Assembly: GCA_000934665.2 (NCBI GenBank)
Contig: KZ537996.1
Span: 124,001 to 188,000 of the forward strand
Length of the DNA stretch: 64,000 bases
Reading direction: 5' to 3'
Source: Catajapyx aquilonaris
Lineage: Eukaryota
Shown: positions 13,827 through 25,706 of the stretch, piece after piece
Layout: each line of letters starts with the position of its first letter
Numbering within the stretch: position 1 is the stretch's first letter
Translations under genes and position numbers: made by a program
The notes under the pieces: generated by a model
Database searches by the model: none
Told to the model about the DNA's origin: nothing
The model's input: only the letters and a program-made list of their open reading frames with translations

Positions 13827-16357
13827 TTTATAGCCAGCCATTTGTATCGCACACAGCAGGGTGCTACAATAAAGATTGCACCTGATACTCTCTCGTGCTC
13901 ATGTGTAAAAAAATGTGTCTATAAAATCATACGTCATATTTGATATCCATGTTCCATCCTTCAAAAATGGGGGGTCAATCGCGATGAAAAATCACCGTAA
14001 AAATCGGCCTAGACTCACTCCCAGATGATTATTTCTCTGGCCCCAACATCTCAATTCCCCAACCCTATTTTGAGGTTCTCCCTGACGGTAGTAACGAGCT
14101 CGGAAAAAAAACCGTCAGCCGGGGAAGGAAAATAATAAAGAAGAAGAAAAACTTTAGCATCAGAAAAGAACACTTTTGAAGGTAGTTCTAGAGCAGTAAT
14201 TCCAACCGGGCCCAGAATACTCCCCCCAAAAAAGGGCCGCCTTAATTTGGCGAGCGCTTTATTTTCACTGTTCCTCTGAGTCGGTTCAGCACTATAATGG
14301 CGCTCTTTACGCCAAACTGCACATTTTTTTGGGGAGAAAGACTTTTAACCCCGCAAGTACCGTGTCTGACCAAAAGCAAACCCTGAAGAAAGCTAGGGGA
14401 ACCACCGTCTAATGAAATACGTTGCTCCAACTGAGCAACAAGCCCTCCTTCTACCATATTTTATCTTATTTGACGACAGAATTATTTTTCCTCCGGATGG
14501 TAATCAATACTGGTTCCAAGGGAAAAGGCTACACAGCAGAGGCCATGCCGATCTTTTACATTGTCTGGGGGCTTCCACTTTGGCCGGGGCCAAATCTCAC
14601 GGGGAAGAAAAGGCTTTTTTTTGGGTAGGCCAAAACCCCTCGCACTCTTAAGTCTCTATTAAAACGGGCGTATTTATGGTTGACACTGTTAATAACCGGG
14701 AGGGTAATCTTTTCAATTAAGCTAGATGGTTGCTGGACTAAAAATGGCGCACTTGCTAGATGCAGTTTTAAAGCTCCATTACTTAATCCTTTTGAAATTG
14801 TCCACCCCTTCGACAGCTGGAAATGGACGAGGCTGGTGGGGGTTTCAAATGATGGGTAAGAGCTGGAAGGGGGGGAAGGGAGGCGGGAAAAAGCTTTTTC
14901 GATGGGGGGGGGGGGGNGAAGTGGGGAGAGGTGGGGGGCAACCCAGGCAAGCAAACCTAACCGATTCATACAGCATCTTGCAACCTTTCATCTGACCGCA
15001 ATTCACTGACCCGGATTGCGAATTTTTCGTAGTTCTTGTCTGGGTAGGTTTAGACACTGGTGTTGGGCTGGCAACGTCACCGACAAACAATTGGCGCCGA
15101 CCCGATCACAAAGTTGGCCCGCCATAGTCCTTTAAAGAATATATAACGGACACATTTCAGCGCCCGCAAGCCGTCTTCAGAGTAATGGCCTCCGGGGCTA
15201 AATCGTCGCGGTTTGTCCCCATTGCAAACATTGATTTTGCCATTTTATTATCTTGTAACTTTCCTACTAATGATCCTTTTGATCTACAGGGTGCAGGGAA
15301 GGAGAACAGTTTTCTTCTCGCCCTTTTACTAAATTGATAAAAGAATAACCGCAACCCTCAGAGAGACACGGCTATAATTATTCCTCGGGTTTTAATGGCT
15401 ACATCACTTGGGGGATTCTACCCCGTTTTATACGTCGCCTTTGCGGCTTGCTGGCGCAAAATCATGGCAGGACTCTAATGTTCGCGAATTAATATTATTA
15501 CGAGTATAAATATAAAGGGCTGGGGTTTGATTCAGTGTGTAGAATGGGATGAGATATGTGCTTAAAATTGTGACGTAAGTTATTGGCTACGTAAAATATA
15601 CGCTAAAATGGTTTGAGCAAAAATTTACACTTGGGAGTGAATTTCACCCGCGAATCTCGAATATGTGATAATGCGAGTTTATCTTAATTAGTGATAATAT
15701 TCAAGTTTGCAAGGCACGAATTGACGTCACTTCACCTGAACAGGAATGATATTTCAAATGACATGAAACCTGTCTGTAGCCATGGATAGAACTGGTCCCG
15801 GAGCAGGATTCTCGTCGCATATGTAACGGCTATATCTGTTTTTAAATTTAACTGTATAAAATGACACCATAATAAGTCAAATGAAAGCCGATGCAAGCAA
15901 TAACGAAACATTTTATTTGGCAATTCAGTTATTTTATTTATCAAATAGCATTTTATTCCGAACTAATTTCACATAATTTTTTTTATAATCTTGATTACAA
16001 TTTAACACGCATTTTAATCTCAAAATTGGATTATAGAACCTAGCAGATTATCTGTTCAATAATTATTTTAATCCGACACAATCTTGAACGGTCACAATAC
16101 TTGACCTGAGCACCCCCAAACCATCATTGAAAATCCTCCGACCCCAGCACCAGAACACAACTGCAGAATAGAATTACTAGTTGGTAACCGGCTTTAGCCC
16201 TGTTGCCACCGGGTTAAGTGAGACAAATGCTGTGGCGGATTATCTTATTTCTACGCCCGCTCGTATTATCCTCCCCGAGTCCTTATTGTTGCGCTAATGA
16301 CCTCGCACTTAAATCCACCTAAAAAGGAGTCTGAAACCCCCCCCCCCTCAATTCCCC

Positions 16358-16456
16358 NNNNNNNNNNNNNNNNNNNNNNNNNNNNNNNNNNNNNNNNNNN
16401 NNNNNNNNNNNNNNNNNNNNNNNNNNNNNNNNNNNNNNNNNNNNNNNNNNNNNNNN
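16358..16456. other. Assembly gap (N run) flanked by poly-C
   Basis: Run of n characters. Confidence 0.99.
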
Positions 16457-19401
16457 CCCCCCCCCCTCTCACCCATTCATTCGCACATACATACTTGACA
16501 TGACACACGCAATTTCAGATGAAAGCAAAGGAAGCCGAGTTGAGCATCCGGCCACTGGGACTATTTGGACCATTGTCACCGACATAAAAAAACAGGCAGA
16601 GTTCGAAATATGGCTTCTTTAGGAGCGTGTTGACAGTGGCAGTTGCCGCCAGTGGGCATTGATTCTCCGGACGACGCCTTCCCCCACACCACTGCGGCCC
16701 CCCACTACCCCTAATGGCTGATCTCCCCAATGAAGAAAGGGATGGCTGGGTGTCTTTTCGATTCCAGTCCCCAATCTCATCTCCTTACACTCTGATCAAT
16801 TCGGGCCACTCTTCGTCGCCATCTCCCAAAAAAAACCTAAAATTTTCCGTATAATATCAGTCTTGCAGAAAATTAGGTCCTCCCACTCATTTCGAATTTA
16901 ATTATTTAATTAATCACGATATTTGAAGCTGAGACACTTGAGCCGACCCATGTAACGCACACACTCCTTTACATAGGACTAATTGTCAAATCAATATTCA
17001 GGGTGCTAGCCAGCGAGGGGGGGCTTTACGCATGCTGGCCCAAATGGTGTGTGCAGCTTCATGCAAGAATGCGAGCCCTTTTCCGTGTCCTCCACAATTA
17101 TATTAGTATCCTTCATTAGTCTCCAAAACATGGGTCGGTTAGTCTATTTGTAATTATGCCGCCGATTTTCCACCCCCCTCCCCCCCTCAACAATTCCGTT
17201 CCTCCGAGTCCCTCCAGACCGTCCCAAGTCATAAATAGGAGCTGCAATTTGCCGAGTAATTCCGTCTCGACACAAACGAGTTCGGAATGCTGTCTAGGCC
17301 ATTTCACCAACAACTAGGGATTACGCCTTTGTGTAAAATACTTGTCAGTAGGTGCGCCACTTTGGGGGGGGCTTCAATCTGGCTACAGTGGAGGGGGGCA
17401 CCCTCTCCATTTTGAATATTCCCTCATGACGCCATGGCCATTGCTATTATCTAGTGGATGAGAAAACGTGCTCTTTGCCACGTTTTTTGCGATGGGTTTG
17501 GTCAGCTCTATTTTTTTTTCTTGGCCTGTGGCGCCCACGAACTGAAACGCTACCTAAGATCAGGTGGTAGAAGCTGGGGTGGGGGTAAAACCCCAAGGAC
17601 TTTTTTCAGGTCCACTCATGGGAGGTCTAACCATTTAGGCACACCTGCCTAGGGTGTGCGGCCAACTTCAGAGCCATCTACGGGGGTGGCATCAGATCAA
17701 AGGGCCAAGAGTGGGTGTGAACATACCCATGTCTTTTCGGCCATCATCAACCCCCACCTGGAGAAGGTGCACCAACATTTACAGAATTTAAGCCTCGAAT
17801 TGAGTTTCCCCCTGCAGACTCGCATGTAAGGGAATATATAGGCTACCTACTTATTCCCTCGGATCGATGCTTTCACAACTTGGCAATTTTCCTCCCCGTG
17901 AAAGGACCGGGGTAGGGGGTGGAAGGGGGGGCATGCAACTTTGGGAGAGAAGGGGGTGGAGGGGGTTTCTCTGACAACTTAACGCATTGCCAAGGTTTAG
18001 AAGCCTTCCCTTAGGCCCTGCAACAACTATTAGGCCGCAATGAAACATGCAGATGCCCATCTGATGATTAATTCGGATGCTGTTCGCCATTTTTTTTCCT
18101 ATTGGCCAGACCAGACAATAAATATTTATTTCTCTTTCAGCCACTTGCTGCCAACTTGGAATTGCCGTGTCATAAAGAGCAGCGTCTCGACGGTTGTAAA
18201 ATCTGGAGACCGTTGCTATTGGCGCAAAAAGAGGGCCAATAACTCCGAACGTAACGCCTCCTTCTTCAAAAATAATAAAAGGCTATCTAAGGCTGTAATT
18301 ATGATCAACTTTTGCATATATCGGGTGTAACTGGATCTCTGGAGGGTCATCTTTCAACTCCCCGGCTACTTTCATTTCCTTTGAGTTACAATCGTCAGAT
18401 CAATACTGCAGTATCACGTCATCGCTCATAGTGTTCCAAAAGGAATTGAGCCACGAATTACTGCGCCACCGTTACTTGGTAAGACGAGAAAAAAAATGTA
18501 CTAGCACATTTTAATTGCCTGCTGTAATCTCCACCATTTATCTGCGGTACATTACGCAGAACAAATTAATAAGGAAATATACTTTTTAAGACGGCGCTAA
18601 TTACGCAAAATGGCGTTAAATTATTTTTTATCTCAAATTTTTTGGGGGGGACCCCCCCTCTAAAAAAAACTGAGGGCAGACTGTGGGGAATAAATTGTGT
18701 TAGGCCATTCCCAGCGGAGATAAAGGAGTCACTTTTTGGGAGGCTGGTATCAGCCAGCAAGATTCGTCGTTGCCCCACGGGTATACGCTATACTTTTCCG
18801 CGACACAACTTTATGTCCCACTACAACCAACCCACGAAAAGCTGAATGAAACCAACCCCCTAGGAGCCAAACTTACCTTGGCCGTGCGAATGGGAAGAGG
18901 GGGCAGGAGGGGGTGGTTTAGGGTGTAAAGATTGGGTAGCCCCCCATCCCCCTCTCTACTATCCCCCCCTCCTCAATTCATTCACTAAACCTCCACGAGG
19001 ACATTCGAAAGGCATTTTCCAGTACTTTACATATATTTTACGAGCCCGATTCCAATAACCCCCAAGTCTTATGGCTAGTTTACAACTTTAATGACATCAT
19101 GTGGAGCAGCTTTAAGGCAACAAGCGACGACATAAAACGTCGACCAAAAGGGGGAGGACACAAAAGGGCGGAAAAACAGTCAACCCCCCATTTGACGCCT
19201 CTTAACCTATATAGGCAGAGTCAAATTGAGACATTAGCAGGGCTTTTGAGACCCAGGGTCAGAGCGAAATACAGGGAAGAAGCGGGATCAGCTGGTAGGA
19301 CGGGCCGGGTTGACATTTACGGCCTAGGTCCCACGTGGAGGGAAAAAAGTCGGCGGGCGGGCTGAGTCCACGTGCAGGAGCAGGCAACGTGTGCAACTCA
19401 C

Positions 19402-19957
19402 CTGCGATGGCCATCCAGGGGTAGAAGGTGTGGTTGGCGGGCTGCTGGAGCTGTGCGGCTGGTTGTGCCGCTGAGGTGTTGAGGGAACACGTGTTCCAGT
19501 TGCCGCTGAGGGTGCGTGCAGGACTGGAGCCCGAGTCGGAGACGGCTGCGTAGCGCGAGGTGTCCGGCGTACAGGCAGCGGGTCGTACCGGGACTCCGCC
19601 GCCGCCGCCGGCTTGCCACGCCGTGGCCACGCTCACATCCTTGGCCACGGAGGCCGCCGCGTTGTACCCATTTTGCTCCTTGGCCGCTGCCGCTGCCGCG
19701 GCGGCCGCGGCACAGTCCAGTTTGTACGAGCCCTGGCTGTCGTTGGCCTGGTTCGAATACAGCTTACATGAGGCGGCTGCGGCGGCGGCGGCGGCTGCTG
19801 CAGACGCGTCGTACGGCGAATCTTGCGGTGCTCGCGGTTGATGCTGGGCGTACGGTGACATGCCCACTCCGGCCAGTCCGAGTGGGAACCGGTAGGGCTG
19901 TTCCCCGGTACCCTGGCTACCGTAAAATCCTCCCTGCTCGAAGTACGAGTTCATCAT
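19402..19957 (-). CDS. Ubx: Hox protein Ultrabithorax, coding exon 1 (N-terminus to YPWM hexapeptide); partial CDS, homeobox exon lies beyond the left edge of the window
   Basis: Translation begins (M)MNSYFEQGGFYG, contains the Ubx-typical blocks YRFPLGL, MSPYA, DSPYDAS, NGY, VRPxACTPD and WNTCSL, and ends NHTFYPWMAIAG. A canonical donor CAG|GTGAGT follows directly (GT at 19401-19400). Length 556 nt = 185 codons + 1 (phase 1). Tandem ATGs at 19957 and 19954. Confidence 0.97.
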
Positions 19958-20640
19958 GCACACTCCACTCCACTACCTAACCAAAACAACGCACTGCACT
20001 TTGTTACTGTCCACCATGAAGATTTTCCAATATCTAACTATCTCTCTCGGTCAATTTTTCGTTTCGTTTTTTTTACTCTCACTAACTCACAACGTGTTGG
20101 ATTAAATTTGTGCCATAGCAGGAGGATTCGGTAAACATTTCAAGGACAACCCGGAAGGGGAGCCGTGACCAATCAGCATCGGATTCGTCACGCCATGCAG
20201 CGCGCGGCGGCAAGCGCGGTATGCCTCCACTCGAGGAATGAGTGCCGCCAGCTCGAGCACCGCGGCTGATAGGAAGGAGGCCTCTCAGCGCCGCCCCGTA
20301 GCCGATCCTGCAACTAACACGCGATCCCCTGCCTCTGGGGGAAGGATGGGAATTGGGGAAGGGGGGAAGAGGGGAGGGAGCACGCGCGCCAGATGGGTAG
20401 TAGTAGTAGCTGCTGGCCACCTCTCTCTCTCTCTACACCACCTATTTCCCCCTCTCTGCCCCCAAGAAATATTCCTTCCCAACCGCCCGCCCTCACTGCC
20501 GCTTTTCCCACTATTCCACCGGCTTTTGTTGTCATGGGGTGGGGGAGGGAGGGGGTATGGGATGGGGGTAGGAGGGCGGGATCCAAAAGACCGATGAGAG
20601 GGTTAAGGGAGGGAGTGGATAGGGGTAGAGGGGGGCACCT
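19958..20640 (-). promoter_or_regulatory. Probable Ubx 5' leader and proximal promoter
   Basis: GC/CpG-rich island immediately upstream of the ATG. Contains a (GA)7 tract at 20421-20434, two YGAGYG hexamers at 20228-20233 and 20239-20244, a CCAAT at 20169, Inr-like TCATTC (about 20236-20241) and TTAGTT (about 20312-20317) on the minus strand, and polypurine/polypyrimidine tracts. The start site cannot be fixed from sequence. Confidence 0.55.
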
Positions 20641-23600
20641 ACGTCATACCCCATTCCTACTCATCATCTCAATCACTACGAATCACTAGGCGCCAACGAA
20701 CAGTTAGAAAATAGAGCTAGAAACTATAGAATGAGAAACCTAGTACCGGTACATGGATGTAAAGTGTCTACCCTTCTGCAATATTCAAGTGGATGGCTTC
20801 TGGCAAGGTAGGTCGGTCTAGCTCGTTGCACCAATGTCTATGTAGCGACTGATAAATATTGCAAAAACCGGCCCCTGTTGTGGCACGAGGCGCCCAAGTG
20901 GACACATTGTTTCTCCAGGCTTTTACTTTGGGAGCTAACTAAGAAGAGTGCCGTGGGTTGTAGAGAAGCCCGCGAATCTAAGAAGATGTGGGAGTCGTTT
21001 CATGAATTACGCAGGAGAGAGCCAGCTCAGGGATTCTAATGATCAAGGAAGGACCGTTCAATTAGGGAAATGGACAGACCCTTGTTCCGAATACATCAAA
21101 CAAAATCAAATGGGATTGCAAGAGGTCTCGGGGAACACAATTCGGTAATGGAGACGGTCACCGCTTAAAGGTCAGCCAGCCCAGGGTCTTCTTCTTGATT
21201 GCACACCACAATATTGGCAAAGACACAAGTGGAAAGGCTTTTCGTCAAGCACGTCGCAAAGATCAAATCGATCATTTTACACTGACAATAAAACCTGTAA
21301 TGTATCGTAACGTGTTGGGAAAGGCCGATTTCATGCCTTTTTATGTACCCAACTTGAACGGCAATCACAGCCGGGTGGGTGCTCATGGTGGTCCCAGTGC
21401 TGAATAGTCCCCCCTAAGTTCCGGGTCACATTTGATGGCACCCTAACACTGAGCCTACTCATCACCCGAATCATTGCTGATGACCAATAATGTATTTGTC
21501 CGGGGACTTTGTTGACCTCGCAGGCTGAAAAGGGTTGACTGCGGGGCCAGGCCAAAGAATGAGTACAATAAAGACTTACAAGTCAGTCCGCCCCCTTCGT
21601 TTCCTTTCCTTTTACTGTCCCCTGCAGTGCCTGAGACCAGTCTGAAGCGACCGCAAGACGTGGCTACGGCTGCAGTTTGCGGTTTTCCACCACTCACTTT
21701 GAGCAATTGTCCGACTTCCTTCTGCTCAAAGCTGACAAGACCTATTTTCTATATGCATAGAAGCGCCTTTCAGGTATAAATGGGACTAATATACGACTTG
21801 CCTTTATGGTCCCCTGATGCTTAGGGTTGGGAGTAGTCACTTTCCCACATATAATAAGCGGTGGATGTAAGCATCGAATGACTAGTATTTTGTGTGGAGG
21901 CCAGGCTGTACTGTTAACCGTTATGAAAATGTATGCATATGCTAAATTACCTGGTGTATTGCGCGACTCTAAGGGTAGCATTGAAGTGCTCTCTTGCGTA
22001 GGTGCATTTAATGAGTTTTACTAACAACCTGGATGGGCTGGATTCTAGGTCAGTTTGAACAGTTTCAATAAAATGTTGGCTTTTCCAAAATAACTTTGCT
22101 GCTTATGACAATCAAATCAACAAAGTGTCCAAATTCAATTCCGGCTACGAATTCAAACAGAATACTCTTACATTATGTAAGTCCGACAATAAAATTCCGG
22201 CAGATGGCAATGGAATAAATGACCAAAAACTTGTAGACCTTGATATGAAAAAAAACAATAATGCTTCATCTAAACATCACTATTCAGGAAAATCGTTGAT
22301 TGCTTTGTTTGCTTAGATTCAGGACGAAACAGTGCTGTTAGCTGCTACATGCTATTTTTCCTGCCTAATTATAGTACTACTGTGCAAGTAATTCGAAATG
22401 GCTCATTATATAAATACTTAGTAATACATCCTGTGCACAACCATAATTCGAAGAGTTGATTAAGTACTCTCTACAGACTACATGAACTACAATTAAATTA
22501 TGACATGACAATTCAATAAAAATAATTATAGTTAACTCGATAATCAACATCACTGACGACCCTTCCTCATGAAAATGCTTGTTTTACAGACGGAATGTTG
22601 CCTCAATCGTATGAATATGTAACAAATACCCGCATCTTCTCAATATTTACAACCAGTAACGATACCTGACTGTCACGAACCATGAATGCAACGGAAGCTT
22701 GTCCATTACATAATTATTGTATCCTACAACGGAAACTTGTTCCGCTTCAGAAAGGTTTCACTAGATTTCAGCAATATTATTTTCCAATTTCGCACTAGTT
22801 CGGACGTCAATCGGCTCTGTTGTAAGCCGAGCTCAAACTCTGTCCCAAACGGAACCGCATCCTGATACGGCAGCAACCCTCCACACAACCCATCCCAAAC
22901 CCACTCCAAGCCGTATTCAAACCCAGCTCAAACCAGAGTCCGTCCCAAATGATTGCGCCCAGGCAACGGATTATTACAGCCAGGTTGACGGCCGATAAAA
23001 CAAATAATAATTAACTACTAACAAGCACTCAACACGGGCCGTAACCATTGAGCCAAATGACTGCCCCTCTACCCTCCTCTCCGAAACATGGCCAGGAAAA
23101 CGAGCCCTCGGCAGCTGCGGCCGAAAGATGTGCACCAATTCCCCGTGTCTCGTTGTCCCCCGAGCGCCACTCCGGCACTCAAATTCCCACTTCTCAACGG
23201 CCAAAAGGATCGTTCCTAAAGCACACTACCCAACAAAACCCCTGGAGCTCAGGACTGTCCGCTCTATCAAGTTGCCTGTGAACAATCCAAGTTTTTCTCA
23301 GGTACATTCATAATTAGCACTAATCCATCGGAACCGAATATCGCAGGTAATTATCAATTATGCCCGATTTTGCCAGTTCACAATGGCGGAATTAGGATTC
23401 AACCGGCCGTAAAATTCCATTAGACGGCAGGAAAGGAATTCTTGAGAAGCTTCAAGTAATGATAATGTTTATTGGGCCGTGTTTATTTCGTTAATTCTGT
23501 AATAACCGTCAGGAAAAAAGATTTGGGCAAGACTGGTGCACCGGGGCGCACGTAAAACCCCTGTCCCGATAAGGATCTCTCGACGCGAAGTTGTTCAGAC

Positions 23601-23770
23601 TCTACCTGCCTGCGAGGAAAACGTCATCAAGCCGGCCAATTTTCTCACGTAGAGCGGCGGTAATGAAGCAGCCTATAATATTTATAACCTTTTGAACGAC
23701 CTGAGGACTGGTCCCTTTGGACCTGACGTGGCCGCAAAAAGAGGGGGCCCCAAAGAAGAAGAGGAGGAGG

Positions 23771-23790
23771 NNNNNNNNNNNNNNNNNNNN
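23771..23790. other. Assembly gap (20 N)
   Basis: Run of n characters. Confidence 0.99.
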
Positions 23791-25060
23791 NATATTATAT
23801 GGTGAGGCACAGTGGAACTCAACTACAGAAGCAAAATGGAGTGATAATGTTTTATTGCCACTTGAAATCGTTCTTCAAGAGGGTTTATGGTTCGGATGCC
23901 ATAGAACACCAGATAAAGACTTCAATCTTTGAACCCAAGAAAAGAACCGGACAGGGCACTGGCTAATTCTACATGGCTTTGCACACCGCGTTATCACTGT
24001 GCGTGTGCTTTGGATGGTGTGTAGATGGCAGGAGGTACATGCTCACCCGTGACCATAACGGCCGAGGAGGGTTATTTCTAAAAGTTAGTTCCTTTTTATG
24101 GCGCCAGTTTCTCGCCTTTATCGGCTGTGTCCGCAGGTGTCACGAGGGTAGAGTCACGAATGCTTTTGATGCGGTGACATTAGACGTCACCTACATTCAT
24201 AAAATGCTCCCAAACTGTTGTTATGCACATTAGCGTAATGGCAACCTTTTAACTTGATGTTAAGATCTAAATTAAGCTGCGGCTAGATGTAAATGATTAA
24301 TTTAAATGTCGCTCTCCGTCTGTACCGGTATATGGAAGGTAAAAATATGCAAGGCTGCAGAAAGTTAATTACTAATGGTTGATTGTGAAGTATGACAGCG
24401 ACTTATGAAAAAATAATCTCCGATTACGGATAAGTGTTCACAATACATCATCCAAAATCAGCAATTTTCTTCTTAATTTTAGCTAATACAACTAGACCTG
24501 AGAACCCATCGTGTAGTTCAGAAAGGCAAGTTATCTTTCATGCAATGTAATAATGTAATATCATCCATGCAATAATTATGTAAACAACCAAAATTAATGT
24601 AAAACCTGTTAGTACAAGAGTGTTGTCTATAAAAAGTAAAACAGAGACCACTTTTTTACATTATCTAGATAAGGTAAATGACTAATATAGGCAAAGAGCC
24701 CCACTGTGACAAAGTTGCTTTCGGCTCCTTTTAAGCTTATAGCTATGTCTAGGGTTAGCAATTTTATGCTTACTGAACTGGATAGCGCGTCTCTATATTG
24801 TTGGACAACCCTGCGTACTCTATACATTTTGGAACGTGAGTAGTATCTATACGTAGGTACTGTGCAAGTAATTAGGTATATGGATTATTTATTTGTATCA
24901 GACGTACAGAATGGGTACCAGAATACTAATTATATATATTCTTGTGTACCTGCACAGATATTAAAAATAACAATATTGCGACATCGAATTGCATATGCAG
25001 CTGCACCATCTAGATATCTCTTGGATCTAAATCTGATAATTTACCGATATCGGTACTTTC

Positions 25061-25244
25061 TTGCTACAAGTGCGTCTAGTGAAAAAATAGATCAATACAA
25101 CCTGATAAGCAACCGGATGAAAACTGCACAAGACTTACGTTCAAGGTAAAAATTTTTACCTTGAACGCAAGCCTTGTGCAGTTTTCATCTGGTTTCATAT
25201 CAGGTTGCATTGATCTATTTTTTCACTAGATGCACTTGTAGCAA
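25061..25244. repeat. 184-bp spacerless palindrome (92-bp arms, 7 mismatches)
   Basis: TTGCTACAAGTGC...CAAGGTAAAAA|TTTTTACCTTG...GCACTTGTAGCAA. Arms aligned by eye; centre at 25152/25153. Confidence 0.92.
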
Positions 25245-25668
25245 TCGATAAATCCAAAACATTAATGTTTTGGATTGTTTACCACAGCAACCAGTGTAAA
25301 GCGAAACAATCGGTTGGGCGTGTCAACAATAAGGACTATACACCCTTGTTTCTAAACTGGTGACTGGGGTAAATGATCCGTAACTTATTCTTGTGAACTT
25401 CACAATAATTACTGTGCAATGCGCCACTCTGTACATATGCCACTACGTCAGTTTTCAGGTCTCTTCACATTATTCTACAGTACCTCAAGTGCGTTAATGT
25501 GATGCAACAGTAAAATATGACATCTAACTGCTACAACTATAGCCATGCCCATAGAAATCAGGCAGACGTTATATGCAGTATATTTATGTTAACTTAGATA
25601 TACTGTATCTAAGTAGAAAGTGGTCGAGAGAGTACAATCCCTATTTTATTTCAACAGTTATGGCTATG

Positions 25669-25706
25669 TTATTATTTCAGAGTTCTATGGGGCTCTGAAA
25701 TAATAA
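25669..25706. repeat. Short hairpin-forming inverted repeat
   Basis: TTATTATTTCAGAG-ttctatgggg-CTCTGAAATAATAA, a 14-bp perfect stem. A second small one, ACTTAGATA-n5-TATCTAAGT, is at 25592-25614. Confidence 0.7.

Larger units (their letters stand above)
1..19401 (-). other. Ubx: Ubx intron (5' part, >19.4 kb, continues past the window start)
   Basis: Starts at the GTGAGT donor after the hexapeptide. No homeodomain-encoding ORF occurs in 1-19400 in the six-frame track. Micro-exons below the ORF-track size limit, or inside the N gap, cannot be excluded. Confidence 0.85.

Noticed and set aside
1..19258. Ubx micro-exons like Drosophila mI/mII, and intronic ORFs such as 6166-6657
   Set aside because: No acceptor/donor pair with a recognisable peptide was found by eye; the isolated GTAAGT donors near 3936 and 7306 lack supporting acceptors.
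19259..19401. ORF-track extension of Ubx past AIAG (ELHTLPAPARG...CISL)
   Set aside because: It is read-through into the intron; a canonical donor sits at the conserved position after the hexapeptide.
19516..19980. Plus-strand ORFs antisense to Ubx exon 1 (154 aa and 93 aa, with poly-Ala/poly-Arg)
   Set aside because: These are the expected shadow of GC-rich GCN codons. Antisense Ubx RNA is reported in myriapods, but nothing here shows antisense transcription or coding.
22830..22950. Quasi-periodic CAAAC/CCCAAA run
   Set aside because: Too degenerate to define a repeat unit; likely low-complexity sequence.
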